DNA of 59,318 bases, counting the filler. It is 5 parts of 5 records of this genome, joined end to end, with 100 filler letters (N's around TTAATTAATTAA, not from the genome) between each part and the next. Parts side by side here need not be neighbours in the genome. Positions count along the whole stretch, not along the records: positions 17,011 to 33,919 come from SRR20825006_856; 4 more parts are not named here. One strand, given 5' to 3'. Position numbers and translations under genes: made by a program. The notes beneath the pieces are model-generated. The model was not told the origin of the DNA. It saw only the letters and a program-made list of their open reading frames with translations, and made no database searches. How positions within the stretch are numbered: position 1 is the first letter of the stretch; each line of letters starts with the position of its first letter. This document shows positions 18,763 through 29,183 of the stretch, piece by piece.

Positions 18763-20205
18763 TCAGGCAGTTTCTTTTGGGCGTGCGATGGCTTTGACTT
18801 CTAAAAATTCTTCTAAGCCATAAGTGCCGCCTTCGCGCCCAACGCCGGATTTTTTGTAGCCGCCAAACGGTGTGCCATACTCAATGTCACTGCCATTTAT
18901 GTGCACCATGCCCGCGCGAAGCTGACGGGCAACGCGCATTGCCCGATCCTGATCTTCGGTTTGAACATAGGCAGCCAACCCATATTCCGTATCGTTGGCG
19001 ATGGAAATGGCCTCATCCTCTTCATCAAACGGGATCATACACAGCACCGGACCGAAGATTTCTTCGCGCGCGATACGCATGTCATTATCCACATCCACAA
19101 AAATGGTTGGTTTGACGAAGTAACCTTCATTCATGCCATCCGGCTTGCCCAAGCCGCCAATCAGCAAAGTGGCGCCTTCATCCATGCCCGCCTTGATCAG
19201 TTCCTGCACGCGGTCAAACTGAATGTGATTGACCAACGGCCCAATGTGCCGCCCTGCCTCATCCGGATCACCAACTTGTTGTTGCTGGGCGGTTTTAAGT
19301 GCAATTTCTTTTGCTTCGTCATAAACGCTGCGCTCCACCAACATGCGCGAAGGCGCGTTGCAGGACTGCCCCGTATTGTTGAACATGTGGCGCACACCGC
19401 GTTTCACCGCGCCAGATAAATCTGAATCGGCAAAGACCAAGTTTGGCGACTTGCCGCCCAGTTCAAGCGCGACCTTTTTTGCGCCTTCCGCTGCATCTCG
19501 GCTGACAGCAGCGCCTGCACGTGATGACCCGGTGAAAGACATCATCGCCACGTCCGGGTGGCGGGAAAGTGCAGCCCCAACTTCGGGTCCTTCGCCATTC
19601 ACCAGATTGAACACACCTTTCGGCACGCCAGCCTCAGCCAAAATCTCAGCATAAAGCATGGCGTTGAACGGGGTAAATTCGCTCGGCTTCAACACCATCG
19701 TACACCCTGCGGCCAATGCGGGCAGCACTTTGAGGGCGATTTGGTTGATTGGCCAATTCCACGGCGTGATTAAACCACAAACACCAATCGGTCCGCGGAT
19801 CACCAGATCACCATTAAGAAGCGTTTCTTCAAACTCAAATGTGCCCAGTGCCTGCAAAAATCCATCCAAATGGCCCTCGCCTACAGCAGTTTGCGCGCCA
19901 TAGGCCAAATGGCGTGGCGCACCCAGCTCCAGCTGAATGGCGTGGGCCACCTCATCTCGACGTTGGCGATAAACCGACAGAATTGAACGCAAAAGTTCCT
20001 TCCGCTCAGCAACGGTGGTGCGCGAAAAGGATGGGAATGCCGCCTTGGCCGCCGCCACCGCCGCATCAATCGTTTTTGCATCGCCCATGGCGATGGAACC
20101 GATAGGTTGTTCGGTGGCCGGATTGATCACATCCATGCTTTTTGCATCTGACGCATCTACCCAATCGCCATTGATAAAGAATTCATGTCTTTTCCAGAAG
20201 GTCAT
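18763..20205 (-). CDS. Aldehyde dehydrogenase
   Basis: ITPWNWP, KPSE, FTGS, LELGGKSP, GQSC and EEIFGPV motifs. Confidence 0.95.
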   Translation of the reverse strand: MTFWKRHEFFINGDWVDASDAKSMDVINPATEQPIGSIAMGDAKTIDAAVAAAKAAFPSFSRTTVAERKELLRSILSVYRQRRDEVAHAIQLELGAPRHLAYGAQTAVGEGHLDGFLQALGTFEFEETLLNGDLVIRGPIGVCGLITPWNWPINQIALKVLPALAAGCTMVLKPSEFTPFNAMLYAEILAEAGVPKGVFNLVNGEGPEVGAALSRHPDVAMMSFTGSSRAGAAVSRDAAEGAKKVALELGGKSPNLVFADSDLSGAVKRGVRHMFNNTGQSCNAPSRMLVERSVYDEAKEIALKTAQQQQVGDPDEAGRHIGPLVNHIQFDRVQELIKAGMDEGATLLIGGLGKPDGMNEGYFVKPTIFVDVDNDMRIAREEIFGPVLCMIPFDEEDEAISIANDTEYGLAAYVQTEDQDRAMRVARQLRAGMVHINGSDIEYGTPFGGYKKSGVGREGGTYGLEEFLEVKAIARPKETA

Positions 20206-20308
20206 TGGCGATTCTCCTTTACTCACCTACAGTTGCGCGTAATTGATAATTGATTTGCGGCGTATCCGAAATGGTGCGTTTGAGCATAACAAACAGCAAG
20301 GCTGAAAT

Positions 20309-21676
20309 ATGGTCGACAAACAGGAATGGGTGAAACTGCTTCCCGATGCAGCGTTGGAATGGCTGGAAGGCCGCCGCGTTGAAGAGGTTGAATGTATTGT
20401 GCCTGACCTTGTGGGCATTTCGCGGGGCAAAACCATGCCCGCCAAGAAGTTTTCGAGCGATGCATTCTTCTATCTGCCTACCTCGATTTTTTATCAAACC
20501 ATTACCGGCGCCTATGCCGATATGGACATAAAAGATCAGTGGATGGAAACCGATATGGTGCTGAAGCCTGATTTAAGCACAGCTTGCGCCGCCCCATGGA
20601 CGGACGATGTGATTCTGCAAGTTATTCACGACCTTGAAACCACACAGGGTGAGCCCGTGCCTGTGGCGCCTCGCAATGTGTTGAAACGTGTGCTTTCACT
20701 TTATGCAGACAAGGGCTGGCGGCCCGTTGTTGCGCCCGAGATCGAATTTTATCTCACCCGTCCCCATACAGATCCAAATGAGGCGATTGAGCCGCCGATT
20801 GGCCGGACGGGACGCAAGGGCATTGGCCGCCAAGCTTATTCCATGGTGGCGGTTGATGAATATGGCGAAGTGATCGACGATATTTATGACTTTGCCGAAG
20901 CGCAGGGTTTAGAAATTGACACTCTGATCCAAGAAGGCGGTGCCGGGCAAATTGAAATCAATCTGCAGCATGGCGACCCGCTGAAACTTGCGGACGAAGT
21001 GTTCTATTTCAAACGGTCTATCCGCGAAGCCGCATTGAAAAACAATTGCTTTGCCACCTTTATGGCCAAGCCCATGCGCGATGAGCCGGGCAGCGCCATG
21101 CATTTGCATCAGTCGATTGTTGATGTGAAAACCGGCAAGAACATTTTCTCTGACGATCAGGGCGAGCCCACACCTTATTTCTATGGTTTCTTGGGCGGCT
21201 TGCAGACGCATATTGATGCGGTGATGCCGATCTTTGCACCTTATGTGAACAGCTATCGCCGCTTTAAAGCAGACGATTCTGCGGCAGCGAACGTGGAATG
21301 GGGGCAAGACAACCGGACCACCGGATTGCGCATCCCAATTTCAACGCCGGAAGCGCGGCGCATTGAGAACCGCATTGTGGGCATGGACAGCAACCCGTAT
21401 CTCGCGATTGCCGCCAGCTTGGCCTGTGGCTATCTGGGCATGATCAATCAGCTTACGCCCCGCCCGATGCGGCAGGGCGATGCCTATGAGGATGGGGTGA
21501 CCCTGCCCTATGCGCTGATGGACGCATTGGAGGCATTTCAGGAAGACCGCGATTTGCGTGATCTGCTCGGCGAGGATTTCTGCTTGGTCTATGAAGCGAT
21601 CAAGAGGCAGGAGCTTGAAGAATTTCTAGGTGAAATCAGCCCGTGGGAACGTGAGCATCTTTTACTGAATGTGTGA
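20309..21676 (+). CDS. Glutamine synthetase-family gamma-glutamylamine ligase (PuuA-like)
   Basis: PDLVGISRGK, APEIEFYL, EGGAGQIEIN, ATFMAKP..PGSAMHLHQS and RIENR motifs; adjacent to a PuuB-like oxidase. Confidence 0.88.
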   Translation: MVDKQEWVKLLPDAALEWLEGRRVEEVECIVPDLVGISRGKTMPAKKFSSDAFFYLPTSIFYQTITGAYADMDIKDQWMETDMVLKPDLSTACAAPWTDDVILQVIHDLETTQGEPVPVAPRNVLKRVLSLYADKGWRPVVAPEIEFYLTRPHTDPNEAIEPPIGRTGRKGIGRQAYSMVAVDEYGEVIDDIYDFAEAQGLEIDTLIQEGGAGQIEINLQHGDPLKLADEVFYFKRSIREAALKNNCFATFMAKPMRDEPGSAMHLHQSIVDVKTGKNIFSDDQGEPTPYFYGFLGGLQTHIDAVMPIFAPYVNSYRRFKADDSAAANVEWGQDNRTTGLRIPISTPEARRIENRIVGMDSNPYLAIAASLACGYLGMINQLTPRPMRQGDAYEDGVTLPYALMDALEAFQEDRDLRDLLGEDFCLVYEAIKRQELEEFLGEISPWEREHLLLNV

Positions 21677-22980
21677 TGATTGATATTCTGACCGCCAATG
21701 ATGTGCAGGGCCAATATCCGCTTTCCTATTATGCAGCGCAGCGCCCTGCGCCCGCACCTCATGCACAGTTAAAAGGCCATAAGTCCGCTGATGTTTGCAT
21801 AATCGGCGGCGGTTTCACCGGCCTTTCGGCGGCTTATCATTTGGCGCAGGCTGGATTTGACGTGGCGCTGTTGGAGGCGCATCGCATTGGCTGGGGCGCG
21901 TCCGGCCGCAATGGCGGGCAATTAGGCAGCGGCCAAAGGCTAGATCAGATCACGCTAGAACGTTTGGTTGGCGAACAGAGTGCACATGCACTTTGGGATA
22001 TCGCCGAGGCCAGCAAACAATTGGTCAAAAGCCTGATCTTCGACAATGGGATCGGTTGCGATTATCGCCCGGGCATTATCGAGGCGGATCACAAGCAAAG
22101 ATTTATTGCCGACTCCCACCGTTATGTTGAGAAGCTCAACCGCGATTATGGCTATGAAGCGATTTCAGCACTCAGCAAGGCTGAAGTGCGCGAACATGTA
22201 GCGAGCACCCAATATTTTGGTGGCACACTGGATAAAGGTGCGGGGCATTTGGACCCGCTTGCTTTCTGTTTTGGGTTGGCTGCATTGGCGCACAAATCCG
22301 GCACTCGGATATATGAGCAAAGCCGCGTGACGCATATTGAAGCTGGCAATAAGGTGCGCGTGGCAACCGCAGAGGGTACCATTGAAGCAGACCATCTTAT
22401 TCTTGGGTGTAATGGCTATATTGGTGGCTTGAACAAGGATGTCAGCGCTCGTGTGATGCCGATCAATAGCTTTATTGTGGCAACTGAACCGCTTGGCGAA
22501 GAACGTGCCAAGACATTGATTCCACATAATGAGGCCGTTGCTGACAGCCGTTTTGTGGTGAATTACTTCCGCCGCACACCAGACCATAGGCTTTTGTTCG
22601 GAGGAGGCGAAACCTATAGCCTTCGCTTCCCAGCTGACCTCGAAACTATTTCGCGCAAGCCGATGCTGAATGTGTTTCCGCAATTGGCGGATGCAAAGAT
22701 CAATTATGCGTGGGGTGGCACATTGGGCATCACCATGCAGCGGCTGCCACACTTTGCGCGGTTAGGCCCCAATATATATTCATCCGCGGGCTTTTCTGGG
22801 CATGGATTGGGCATGGCCACAATGGCGGGCAAAATTTTGGCAGAAATTACGCAGGGCCAAGCGGAACGGTTTGATTTGATGGCGGGTTTGCCTAGCCCTC
22901 GCTTTCCTGGCGGCGAGACGATGCGCGGTGCCCTGCTCTATCTGGCCATGACCTATTATGCGTTGCGGGATCGATTCTAG
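21676..22980 (+). CDS. FAD-dependent oxidoreductase (gamma-glutamylputrescine oxidase, PuuB-like)
   Basis: IIGGGFTGL, GWGASGRNGGQ, VVNYFR, RLLFGG and GFSGHG motifs; translationally coupled to the upstream gene. Confidence 0.88.
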   Translation: MIDILTANDVQGQYPLSYYAAQRPAPAPHAQLKGHKSADVCIIGGGFTGLSAAYHLAQAGFDVALLEAHRIGWGASGRNGGQLGSGQRLDQITLERLVGEQSAHALWDIAEASKQLVKSLIFDNGIGCDYRPGIIEADHKQRFIADSHRYVEKLNRDYGYEAISALSKAEVREHVASTQYFGGTLDKGAGHLDPLAFCFGLAALAHKSGTRIYEQSRVTHIEAGNKVRVATAEGTIEADHLILGCNGYIGGLNKDVSARVMPINSFIVATEPLGEERAKTLIPHNEAVADSRFVVNYFRRTPDHRLLFGGGETYSLRFPADLETISRKPMLNVFPQLADAKINYAWGGTLGITMQRLPHFARLGPNIYSSAGFSGHGLGMATMAGKILAEITQGQAERFDLMAGLPSPRFPGGETMRGALLYLAMTYYALRDRF

Positions 22981-23069
22981 TTCAACACAAGCCGTCACTG
23001 GATGCTAAAAATGTAATTTATTTGCATTTTTGCAAATTGGCGGAGGATTTCGCAGCTTAATCAATAGGC

Positions 23070-23600
23070 ATGCGAGACAAACATAAACGCGACCAACCTC
23101 GAATCTACAAGGATTCTCAAGCTGGGCCAGTGTCTAAAGCCATGCCCCTTTTTGCGATGCAACCCATGTTGCGGCGCATTGTTCGGCATGTGGCGACGCT
23201 GCATCCCGAGCTTTTCGAGCGGCTAGACGATAGCTGCCGGAAACATTTTTTGATCGATGCGAAAGGCATGCCCTTCTTGCTGCTTTTGCGTCCAGATCCA
23301 GACAATCTGATGCTGGTGGCGAAATCGCGCCACGAAGAAATTCCCTATGATGTGCTGGTGAGCGGCAAGTTCAAAACTTTGCTGCGCATGATCGACAGTA
23401 AAACCGATAGCGACGCGCTGTTTTTCAACCGCGATATCATGGTGACAGGCGACACAGAAGCCATTGTCGCTCTACGCAATGCGCTTGACGATATGGATGC
23501 GACATTGGCCGATGATGTGGCCACAGCTTTTGGCCCACTACGCGGCCCGGTACGCGCCAGCATTGATGCAGCGACAAAAATTGTAGGTTACAGAACATGA
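23070..23600 (+). CDS. ubiT: SCP2-domain O2-independent ubiquinone accessory factor
   Basis: DSDALFFNRDIMVTGDTEAIVALRNALD motif, directly upstream of ubiU/ubiV. Confidence 0.85.
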   Translation: MRDKHKRDQPRIYKDSQAGPVSKAMPLFAMQPMLRRIVRHVATLHPELFERLDDSCRKHFLIDAKGMPFLLLLRPDPDNLMLVAKSRHEEIPYDVLVSGKFKTLLRMIDSKTDSDALFFNRDIMVTGDTEAIVALRNALDDMDATLADDVATAFGPLRGPVRASIDAATKIVGYRT

Positions 23601-24601
23601 GTGATTTGATCAAACCTGAATTGGTGTGTCCCGCTGGCACGCCTGCCAGCTTGCGCACTGCCGTTGATGCGGGCGCAAACTCGGTTTATTGCGGCTTTAA
23701 GGGCCCCACGAATGCGCGGAATTTTCCCGGCCTGAACTTTTCGAAAAAGGAGCTTTCGGAAAGCGTGAAATATGCGCATGACAAAGACGCAATGGTGCTA
23801 GCGGCGATAAACTCATTTCCCACAGCGGGACGCACCGATATCTGGAAGCAAGCCGTTGATGATGCCGTTGAAATCGGCGTGGATGCGGTGATTATCGCGG
23901 ATATTGGCATGGCCAAATATGTCGCCGAACGGCATCCAAATCAGCGCTTGCATCTTTCAGTTCAGGCTGGGGCTTCTTCGCCTGAAGCGATCAATTTTTA
24001 CGTCGAGCGGTTTAATGTGAAACGCGTGGTGTTGCCGCGCATTCTGACCGTGCCTGAAATCAAACGGGTACATGACGCGATTGATTGCGAAATTGAGGCC
24101 TTTGTGTTCGGCAATATCGGCATGATGGCCGAAGGGCGCTGTTCGCTGACCAATTATGTCACCGGCATTTCCACAAATATGGATGGCGTGTGCTCGCCCG
24201 CCAGCCATGTGGATTATGAGCCGGATGATGATGACGGGCTGACGACCCGGCTTGGCGATTTCGCCATTGATTGCATTTCATGTGGCGAAACCGCTGGGTA
24301 CCCGACCATCTGCAAAGGCCGTTATGACACAGCGCACAAGAAAAACTATTATGCCTTTGAAGAGCCGATCAGCCTGAACTTGACCCGCCTGCTGCCCGAC
24401 TTGATGCGGGCTGGTGTTACGGCACTCAAGATCGAGGGACGCCAGCGGTCGCGCGCCTATATCCGGTCGGTGGTTTCGGCATTCCGCGATGCGGTTGATG
24501 CTTATGCGGCGGGCGAAGAGCCAGACATCACTGAACTGATTGCGCTGACCGAAGGACATAAAGAAACCCAAGGTGCATTTAAATCGAAGAGCTGGAGATA
24601 G
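23597..24601 (+). CDS. ubiU: U32 peptidase-family O2-independent ubiquinone biosynthesis protein
   Basis: ELVCPAG, TNARNFPGLNF, RLHLSVQ, MAEGRC, GVCSP, GYPTICKGR and KIEGRQRS motifs. Confidence 0.92.
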   Translation: MSDLIKPELVCPAGTPASLRTAVDAGANSVYCGFKGPTNARNFPGLNFSKKELSESVKYAHDKDAMVLAAINSFPTAGRTDIWKQAVDDAVEIGVDAVIIADIGMAKYVAERHPNQRLHLSVQAGASSPEAINFYVERFNVKRVVLPRILTVPEIKRVHDAIDCEIEAFVFGNIGMMAEGRCSLTNYVTGISTNMDGVCSPASHVDYEPDDDDGLTTRLGDFAIDCISCGETAGYPTICKGRYDTAHKKNYYAFEEPISLNLTRLLPDLMRAGVTALKIEGRQRSRAYIRSVVSAFRDAVDAYAAGEEPDITELIALTEGHKETQGAFKSKSWR

Positions 24602-24603
24602 AA

Positions 24604-25518
24604 ATGAGTGCACAGCTGACCCTTGGCCCGGTGCAATATAATTGGGCGCCGGAAGACTGGCGGGATTTCTACTTTAAGATTGCCGATGAAACGCCGGTAA
24701 AGACCGTTTTTATCGGCGAAGTTATCTGCTCGAAGCGGGCACCACTTTATGACAATCAATTGCCAGATGTGGTGGAGCGCCTTCACGATGCGGGCAAGCA
24801 TGTGATCTTTTCGACTCTTTCGGAAGTAACCACTGATATTGATCGCCGTTTGGTCAAACGCGTTGCCATTTCTGAAGGTTTTCCCATTGAAGCAAATGAT
24901 GTGTCCGCCCTACAGCAAATGGCTAAAGGGCCGCACCATATTGGCCCGCTGATGAATTGCTATAATGAGGAAGCGCTTGAGGTTTATGCGGCCAATGGCG
25001 CGACAACAATTTGTCTCAATCCTGAAATTCCGCGCGATGGTCTTGCCGCACTTGCGCAAGCGGCTGAGCCGCTTGGTGTTGACCTTGAAGTCCAAGTTTA
25101 TGGCCGCGTTTCACTGGCGCTTTCGGCACGCTGTTACCATGCTCGCGCCCACAATCGCACCAAAGATTCCTGTTTGTTTGTATGCGATGAAGACCCAGAT
25201 GGCATGCGGCTGGACACATTGGAGGGCGATAAGTTTCTTACGGTGAATGGCATTCAAACGCAGTCTCACTCGGTGCTTAATCTGATCGATTGTTTGGATG
25301 ACTTACAATCTATCGGCGTAAATCGTTTCCGCATTTCACCCCAGAGTGTGGGCACCTTCACCGCTATTTACGCGTTTGGCGATGTGTTGAATGGGCGCAT
25401 CAGCCCTTCAGAAGCATTGAAAAAGATGCGTGACGACTGTGTAGATGCCCCGTTCTCCAATGGATTTTACCATCAACGCCCCGGCTATGAATGGCACGAC
25501 AAAGTGCCCGCCGAATAG
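24604..25518 (+). CDS. ubiV: U32 peptidase-family O2-independent ubiquinone biosynthesis protein
   Basis: LTLGPV, GEVICSKR, LALSARCYHAR, C.FVC and NGIQTQS motifs. Confidence 0.92.
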   Translation: MSAQLTLGPVQYNWAPEDWRDFYFKIADETPVKTVFIGEVICSKRAPLYDNQLPDVVERLHDAGKHVIFSTLSEVTTDIDRRLVKRVAISEGFPIEANDVSALQQMAKGPHHIGPLMNCYNEEALEVYAANGATTICLNPEIPRDGLAALAQAAEPLGVDLEVQVYGRVSLALSARCYHARAHNRTKDSCLFVCDEDPDGMRLDTLEGDKFLTVNGIQTQSHSVLNLIDCLDDLQSIGVNRFRISPQSVGTFTAIYAFGDVLNGRISPSEALKKMRDDCVDAPFSNGFYHQRPGYEWHDKVPAE

Positions 25519-25713
25519 GAATTCGCCGCTGAGCCCCTCTTCTCTCTGTCAGAACCTCCAACTTTCTGACTGCTCGGCGGCGATACCTTCAATCAAAAAT
25601 TTTCAGATATATATTTCAGCCAGTTAGCCGCTATTGCTGTATTTTTCCGCCATGGGAATGCTTGAAAGCGTAAGAACGTCGCCCACCTCTTCCATATATT
25701 GGAGGACGGCAAA

Positions 25714-27219
25714 ATGTTTAAATCACACTCACTAAAATCTATTGGCGCTGGTGCCTGTGCGGTCATCGCTGGGTTCAGCTTGGCGCAAAACGCATTGGCA
25801 ACTGAAAATGCAGTTACATTTGATTATGTTTTCGACAATGTGACGGTGATTGACCCGGAAAGCCGACAGGTCAATGCGCACCAAGATGTTTATATTCGCG
25901 ATGGAAAAATTGCCCAAATCCTAGATGGTGACGCGCCAATGGCAGGCGTGACGCAAAAGATTGATGGTACTGGGCGTTATCTGATCCCGGGATTGATGGA
26001 CATGCATGTTCATCTCACCATCGCCCCTGTTTTTGAATCCAGTCAAGCTCTTCTTTTGGCCAATGGCGTGACCGGCGTGCGCGACATGGCTGGCGATTGT
26101 TTGCCAGGTGGTCCCCCGGTGTTCCTTTGTGCCGATGCCTTACGGGATGCGCATAAAAGCAATGTTGCACATGAGGGTTTTGGGCCACGGATTTTGCAGG
26201 TGTCGAGTGCACCTGTCATGTCGGATAAGTCTCCACGCCTGCCCAGTGAGGGACAAGATAAATATATACCGTTCACTGAAGAACAGGGCCGCGCAGTGGT
26301 CGACCTGCTGGCGGAAAGTGATATTGATCTAATCAAAATCTATCACCCGACAACACTCGAGGCAGCCAAGGGCATTTTTGAACAAGCGAAGGTGCATAAT
26401 CTGCAAATAGGCGGCCATGTCCCGCTGACCATGGATATTGCTGATGCGGCTGCACTAGGCATAAACAGTGTGGAGCATGCACGCGATCTTGTTTGGGATT
26501 GTAGCCTGTGGGGGCAAGAATATAAGGCGCGTTTTATTAAGCTGACACGGGGTGACCAATCGGTTGAGTATCCCACCGATCAAATGGCGTTGGAGCAAAG
26601 CCTTACCACTGCAGATGAAGCACAGTGCGACGCCACCATAAGTGCCATGGTTGAGCATAATGTTTATTATGTCCCAACCCACATTACGCGCGAGTTCGAT
26701 GTGCGCGTCACTGACCCGGACTATCTCAAGCTTGATGAGCTGAAATATATCGGCGAAATGCAATGGGGCGAGTGGAAACGCGACATTGATAACATGGCGA
26801 ATGAGCCAGAAGACACTCGGAAACACTATCCCGCCTTCTTTGAACGCGGGTTAGAGCTGACAAAGCTTGCCCATGATCAAGGCGTCAAAGTCATGATGGG
26901 CACAGATGCGAATGACAGTATGGTGGTGCCCGGCTTCTCGGCACATCACGAATTGGAGTTGCTGGTGCGTGCTGGTCTTTCGCCTATGGATGCACTCCGC
27001 AGCGCTACTAGCATTCCTGCCGAATATCTCAAGCGAACTGAAGAACTTGGCGGGGTCAATGATGGGAAGCTGGCTGATCTAGTCCTGCTCAATCTTAACC
27101 CAATTGATGACATCGCAAATTTGAAAACAATCGAGGGCGTTATGTTTGCCGGTCAGTTTTATGACCGTGCAATGCTTGACCAAAGGCTCATGGAACTTGA
27201 AGTGAATTTTGTTCAATAA
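25714..27219 (+). CDS. Exported amidohydrolase family protein
   Basis: Signal peptide; LIPGLMDMHVH, GVTGVRD, SVEH, GTDA and GKLADLVLL motifs. Confidence 0.88.
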   Translation: MFKSHSLKSIGAGACAVIAGFSLAQNALATENAVTFDYVFDNVTVIDPESRQVNAHQDVYIRDGKIAQILDGDAPMAGVTQKIDGTGRYLIPGLMDMHVHLTIAPVFESSQALLLANGVTGVRDMAGDCLPGGPPVFLCADALRDAHKSNVAHEGFGPRILQVSSAPVMSDKSPRLPSEGQDKYIPFTEEQGRAVVDLLAESDIDLIKIYHPTTLEAAKGIFEQAKVHNLQIGGHVPLTMDIADAAALGINSVEHARDLVWDCSLWGQEYKARFIKLTRGDQSVEYPTDQMALEQSLTTADEAQCDATISAMVEHNVYYVPTHITREFDVRVTDPDYLKLDELKYIGEMQWGEWKRDIDNMANEPEDTRKHYPAFFERGLELTKLAHDQGVKVMMGTDANDSMVVPGFSAHHELELLVRAGLSPMDALRSATSIPAEYLKRTEELGGVNDGKLADLVLLNLNPIDDIANLKTIEGVMFAGQFYDRAMLDQRLMELEVNFVQ

Positions 27220-27246
27220 AAAAGGCGGCCATTTGGCCGCCTTCTT
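27218..27246. terminator. Probable bidirectional intrinsic terminator
   Basis: AAAAAAGGCGGCCA-TT-TGGCCGCCTTCTT between convergent genes. Confidence 0.75.
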
Positions 27247-27275
27247 GAGTATTATTATTGTTCGCAATCCGAACG

Positions 27276-29183
27276 CTAAAGCGCGCTATATTGATGCCCT
27301 TCAAACAGCAAATCATAGAGTTCGTTTGCGAGGTCTGCGGGGTCGTTTTCCGCGGCGTTGAGGGTGATGTCCGCTTGTTCGGGCGCTTCAAATGGTGAAT
27401 CTAACCCGGTGAAGTTTTTGATTTCACCTGCTTTGGCGCGGGCGTAAAGGCCCTTTGGATCGCGTTGTGCGCAGACTTCTAGCGGGGTGTTCACATAGGC
27501 TTCGATGAACTGGATGTCGCCTGCCACTTCGCGTGCCAAGCGGCGTTCGTTTTTGAAGGGCGAGATGAAGGACACGAGGACGATTAAGCCTGCGTCAGCC
27601 ATCAGTTTGGCCACTTCGGCCACTCGACGGATGTTTTCCACGCGGTCTTCATCAGTAAAGCCCAAGTCTTTATTGAGGCCGTGGCGCACATTGTCGCCGT
27701 CGAGAATATAAGTGTGCTTGCCTTCAGCTGTGATGCGCTTTTCGAGCAGGTTGGCAATGGTGGATTTGCCAGAACCGGACAGGCCAGTGAACCACACAAT
27801 GCGTGGGGTCTGGCCTTTCATATCAGCCCGCACCTGACGGTTTACATCAAAGTCCTGATAGGTCAGATTTTGCGCACGCCGCAGGCCAAACTCAATGGTG
27901 CCCGCGCCCAAAGTGGCGTTGGACAAACGGTCAATCAGGATAAAGCCGCCTGTGAGCGGGTTTTCCGCATAAGCATCAAAGGCAATAGGCTTGTCGGTGG
28001 CGATGGTCACCGTGCCCACTTCGTTGAGCTCCAAACATTTTGCTGGGTTCTGCTCCAATGTGTTCACATTGGTTTTTTGCTTAATCTTGGTGATGGTCGC
28101 CGGCACCATTTGGCTGCCAATCTTGATCAGATATGACCGCCCTGCCATGGCTGGATTTTCATGCATCCAAATCAGGTGCGCTTGGAACTGATTGGAAAAT
28201 TCTGGTGTTTCGCCTGGCACAGAAAGCACATCGCCGCGGGAGATATCCACCTCTCGGTCGAGTACCAAGGTCACCGCATCCCCTGCCCGTGCAGCATTTA
28301 GATCACCATCCATGGTGACAATACGCTTGATTTTGGCAGGCTTGCGCGAGGCTGCAATCAGCACATCGTCGCCCGGCTTGATTTGACCAGACGCAACAGT
28401 GCCAGAGAACCCACGAAAGTCGAGGCTGGCGCGATTGACCCATTGCACGGGGAAGCGGAACGGCTGTTCCACCCGGTCTTCGGCCACATCTATCTCTTCA
28501 AGATATGGCACCAGCTGTGGACCGTTATACCAATCCATATGCGTGCTTTTGCTGACAATATTGTCGCCGCGCAAGGCGGAGATTGGCACTGTAACCAAGC
28601 TCTTAAATCCAAGCTGGGCCGCAAATTCGCGATATTCCGCATCGATTTTGTCAAACACGGCTTTGTCATAATCAACAAGGTCGATCTTATTGACCACAGC
28701 CACCACATGCTTCACACCAATCAAAGACAGAATGAAGCTGTGGCGTTTGGTTTGGGTCAACACGCCTTTGCGCGCGTCGATCAATACAATCGCCAAGTCA
28801 GCATTAGACGCGCCAGTGGCCATGTTGCGGGTATATTGCTCATGGCCTGGCGTATCAGCGACGATAAATTTGCGCTTTTCGGTGGTGAAGAATCGATAGG
28901 CCACATCAATGGTGATGCCCTGCTCACGCTCAGCGGTTAGCCCGTCCACTAGCAGCGAGAAGTCAATGCCTTCATCGCCCGTGGTCCGGTTATGACTTTC
29001 TTTTTGCAGCGACGCGAGCTGATCATCCAAGATCAACTGGCTATCATAAAGAAGACGGCCAATCAGGGTTGATTTGCCATCATCGACCGAGCCGCAGGTC
29101 AAAAATCGCAAAATGCTCTTGTCGGTCTGGGCGCTAAGCCATTGTTCAATATTAAGCTGTGGGGCCTGTTGTGCGATGCTCAT
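27276..29183 (-). CDS. cysNC: Bifunctional sulfate adenylyltransferase subunit 1 / APS kinase
   Basis: CGSVDDGKSTLIGRLL and DTPGHEQYTRNM, followed by a C-terminal kinase (WFTGLSGSGKST, LDGDNVRHGL, RDPKGLY). Confidence 0.96.
   Translation of the reverse strand: MSIAQQAPQLNIEQWLSAQTDKSILRFLTCGSVDDGKSTLIGRLLYDSQLILDDQLASLQKESHNRTTGDEGIDFSLLVDGLTAEREQGITIDVAYRFFTTEKRKFIVADTPGHEQYTRNMATGASNADLAIVLIDARKGVLTQTKRHSFILSLIGVKHVVAVVNKIDLVDYDKAVFDKIDAEYREFAAQLGFKSLVTVPISALRGDNIVSKSTHMDWYNGPQLVPYLEEIDVAEDRVEQPFRFPVQWVNRASLDFRGFSGTVASGQIKPGDDVLIAASRKPAKIKRIVTMDGDLNAARAGDAVTLVLDREVDISRGDVLSVPGETPEFSNQFQAHLIWMHENPAMAGRSYLIKIGSQMVPATITKIKQKTNVNTLEQNPAKCLELNEVGTVTIATDKPIAFDAYAENPLTGGFILIDRLSNATLGAGTIEFGLRRAQNLTYQDFDVNRQVRADMKGQTPRIVWFTGLSGSGKSTIANLLEKRITAEGKHTYILDGDNVRHGLNKDLGFTDEDRVENIRRVAEVAKLMADAGLIVLVSFISPFKNERRLAREVAGDIQFIEAYVNTPLEVCAQRDPKGLYARAKAGEIKNFTGLDSPFEAPEQADITLNAAENDPADLANELYDLLFEGHQYSAL

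Noticed and set aside
23050..23064. FNR box upstream of ubiT
   Set aside because: Only the ATCAA half-site is present; the TTGAT half is absent.
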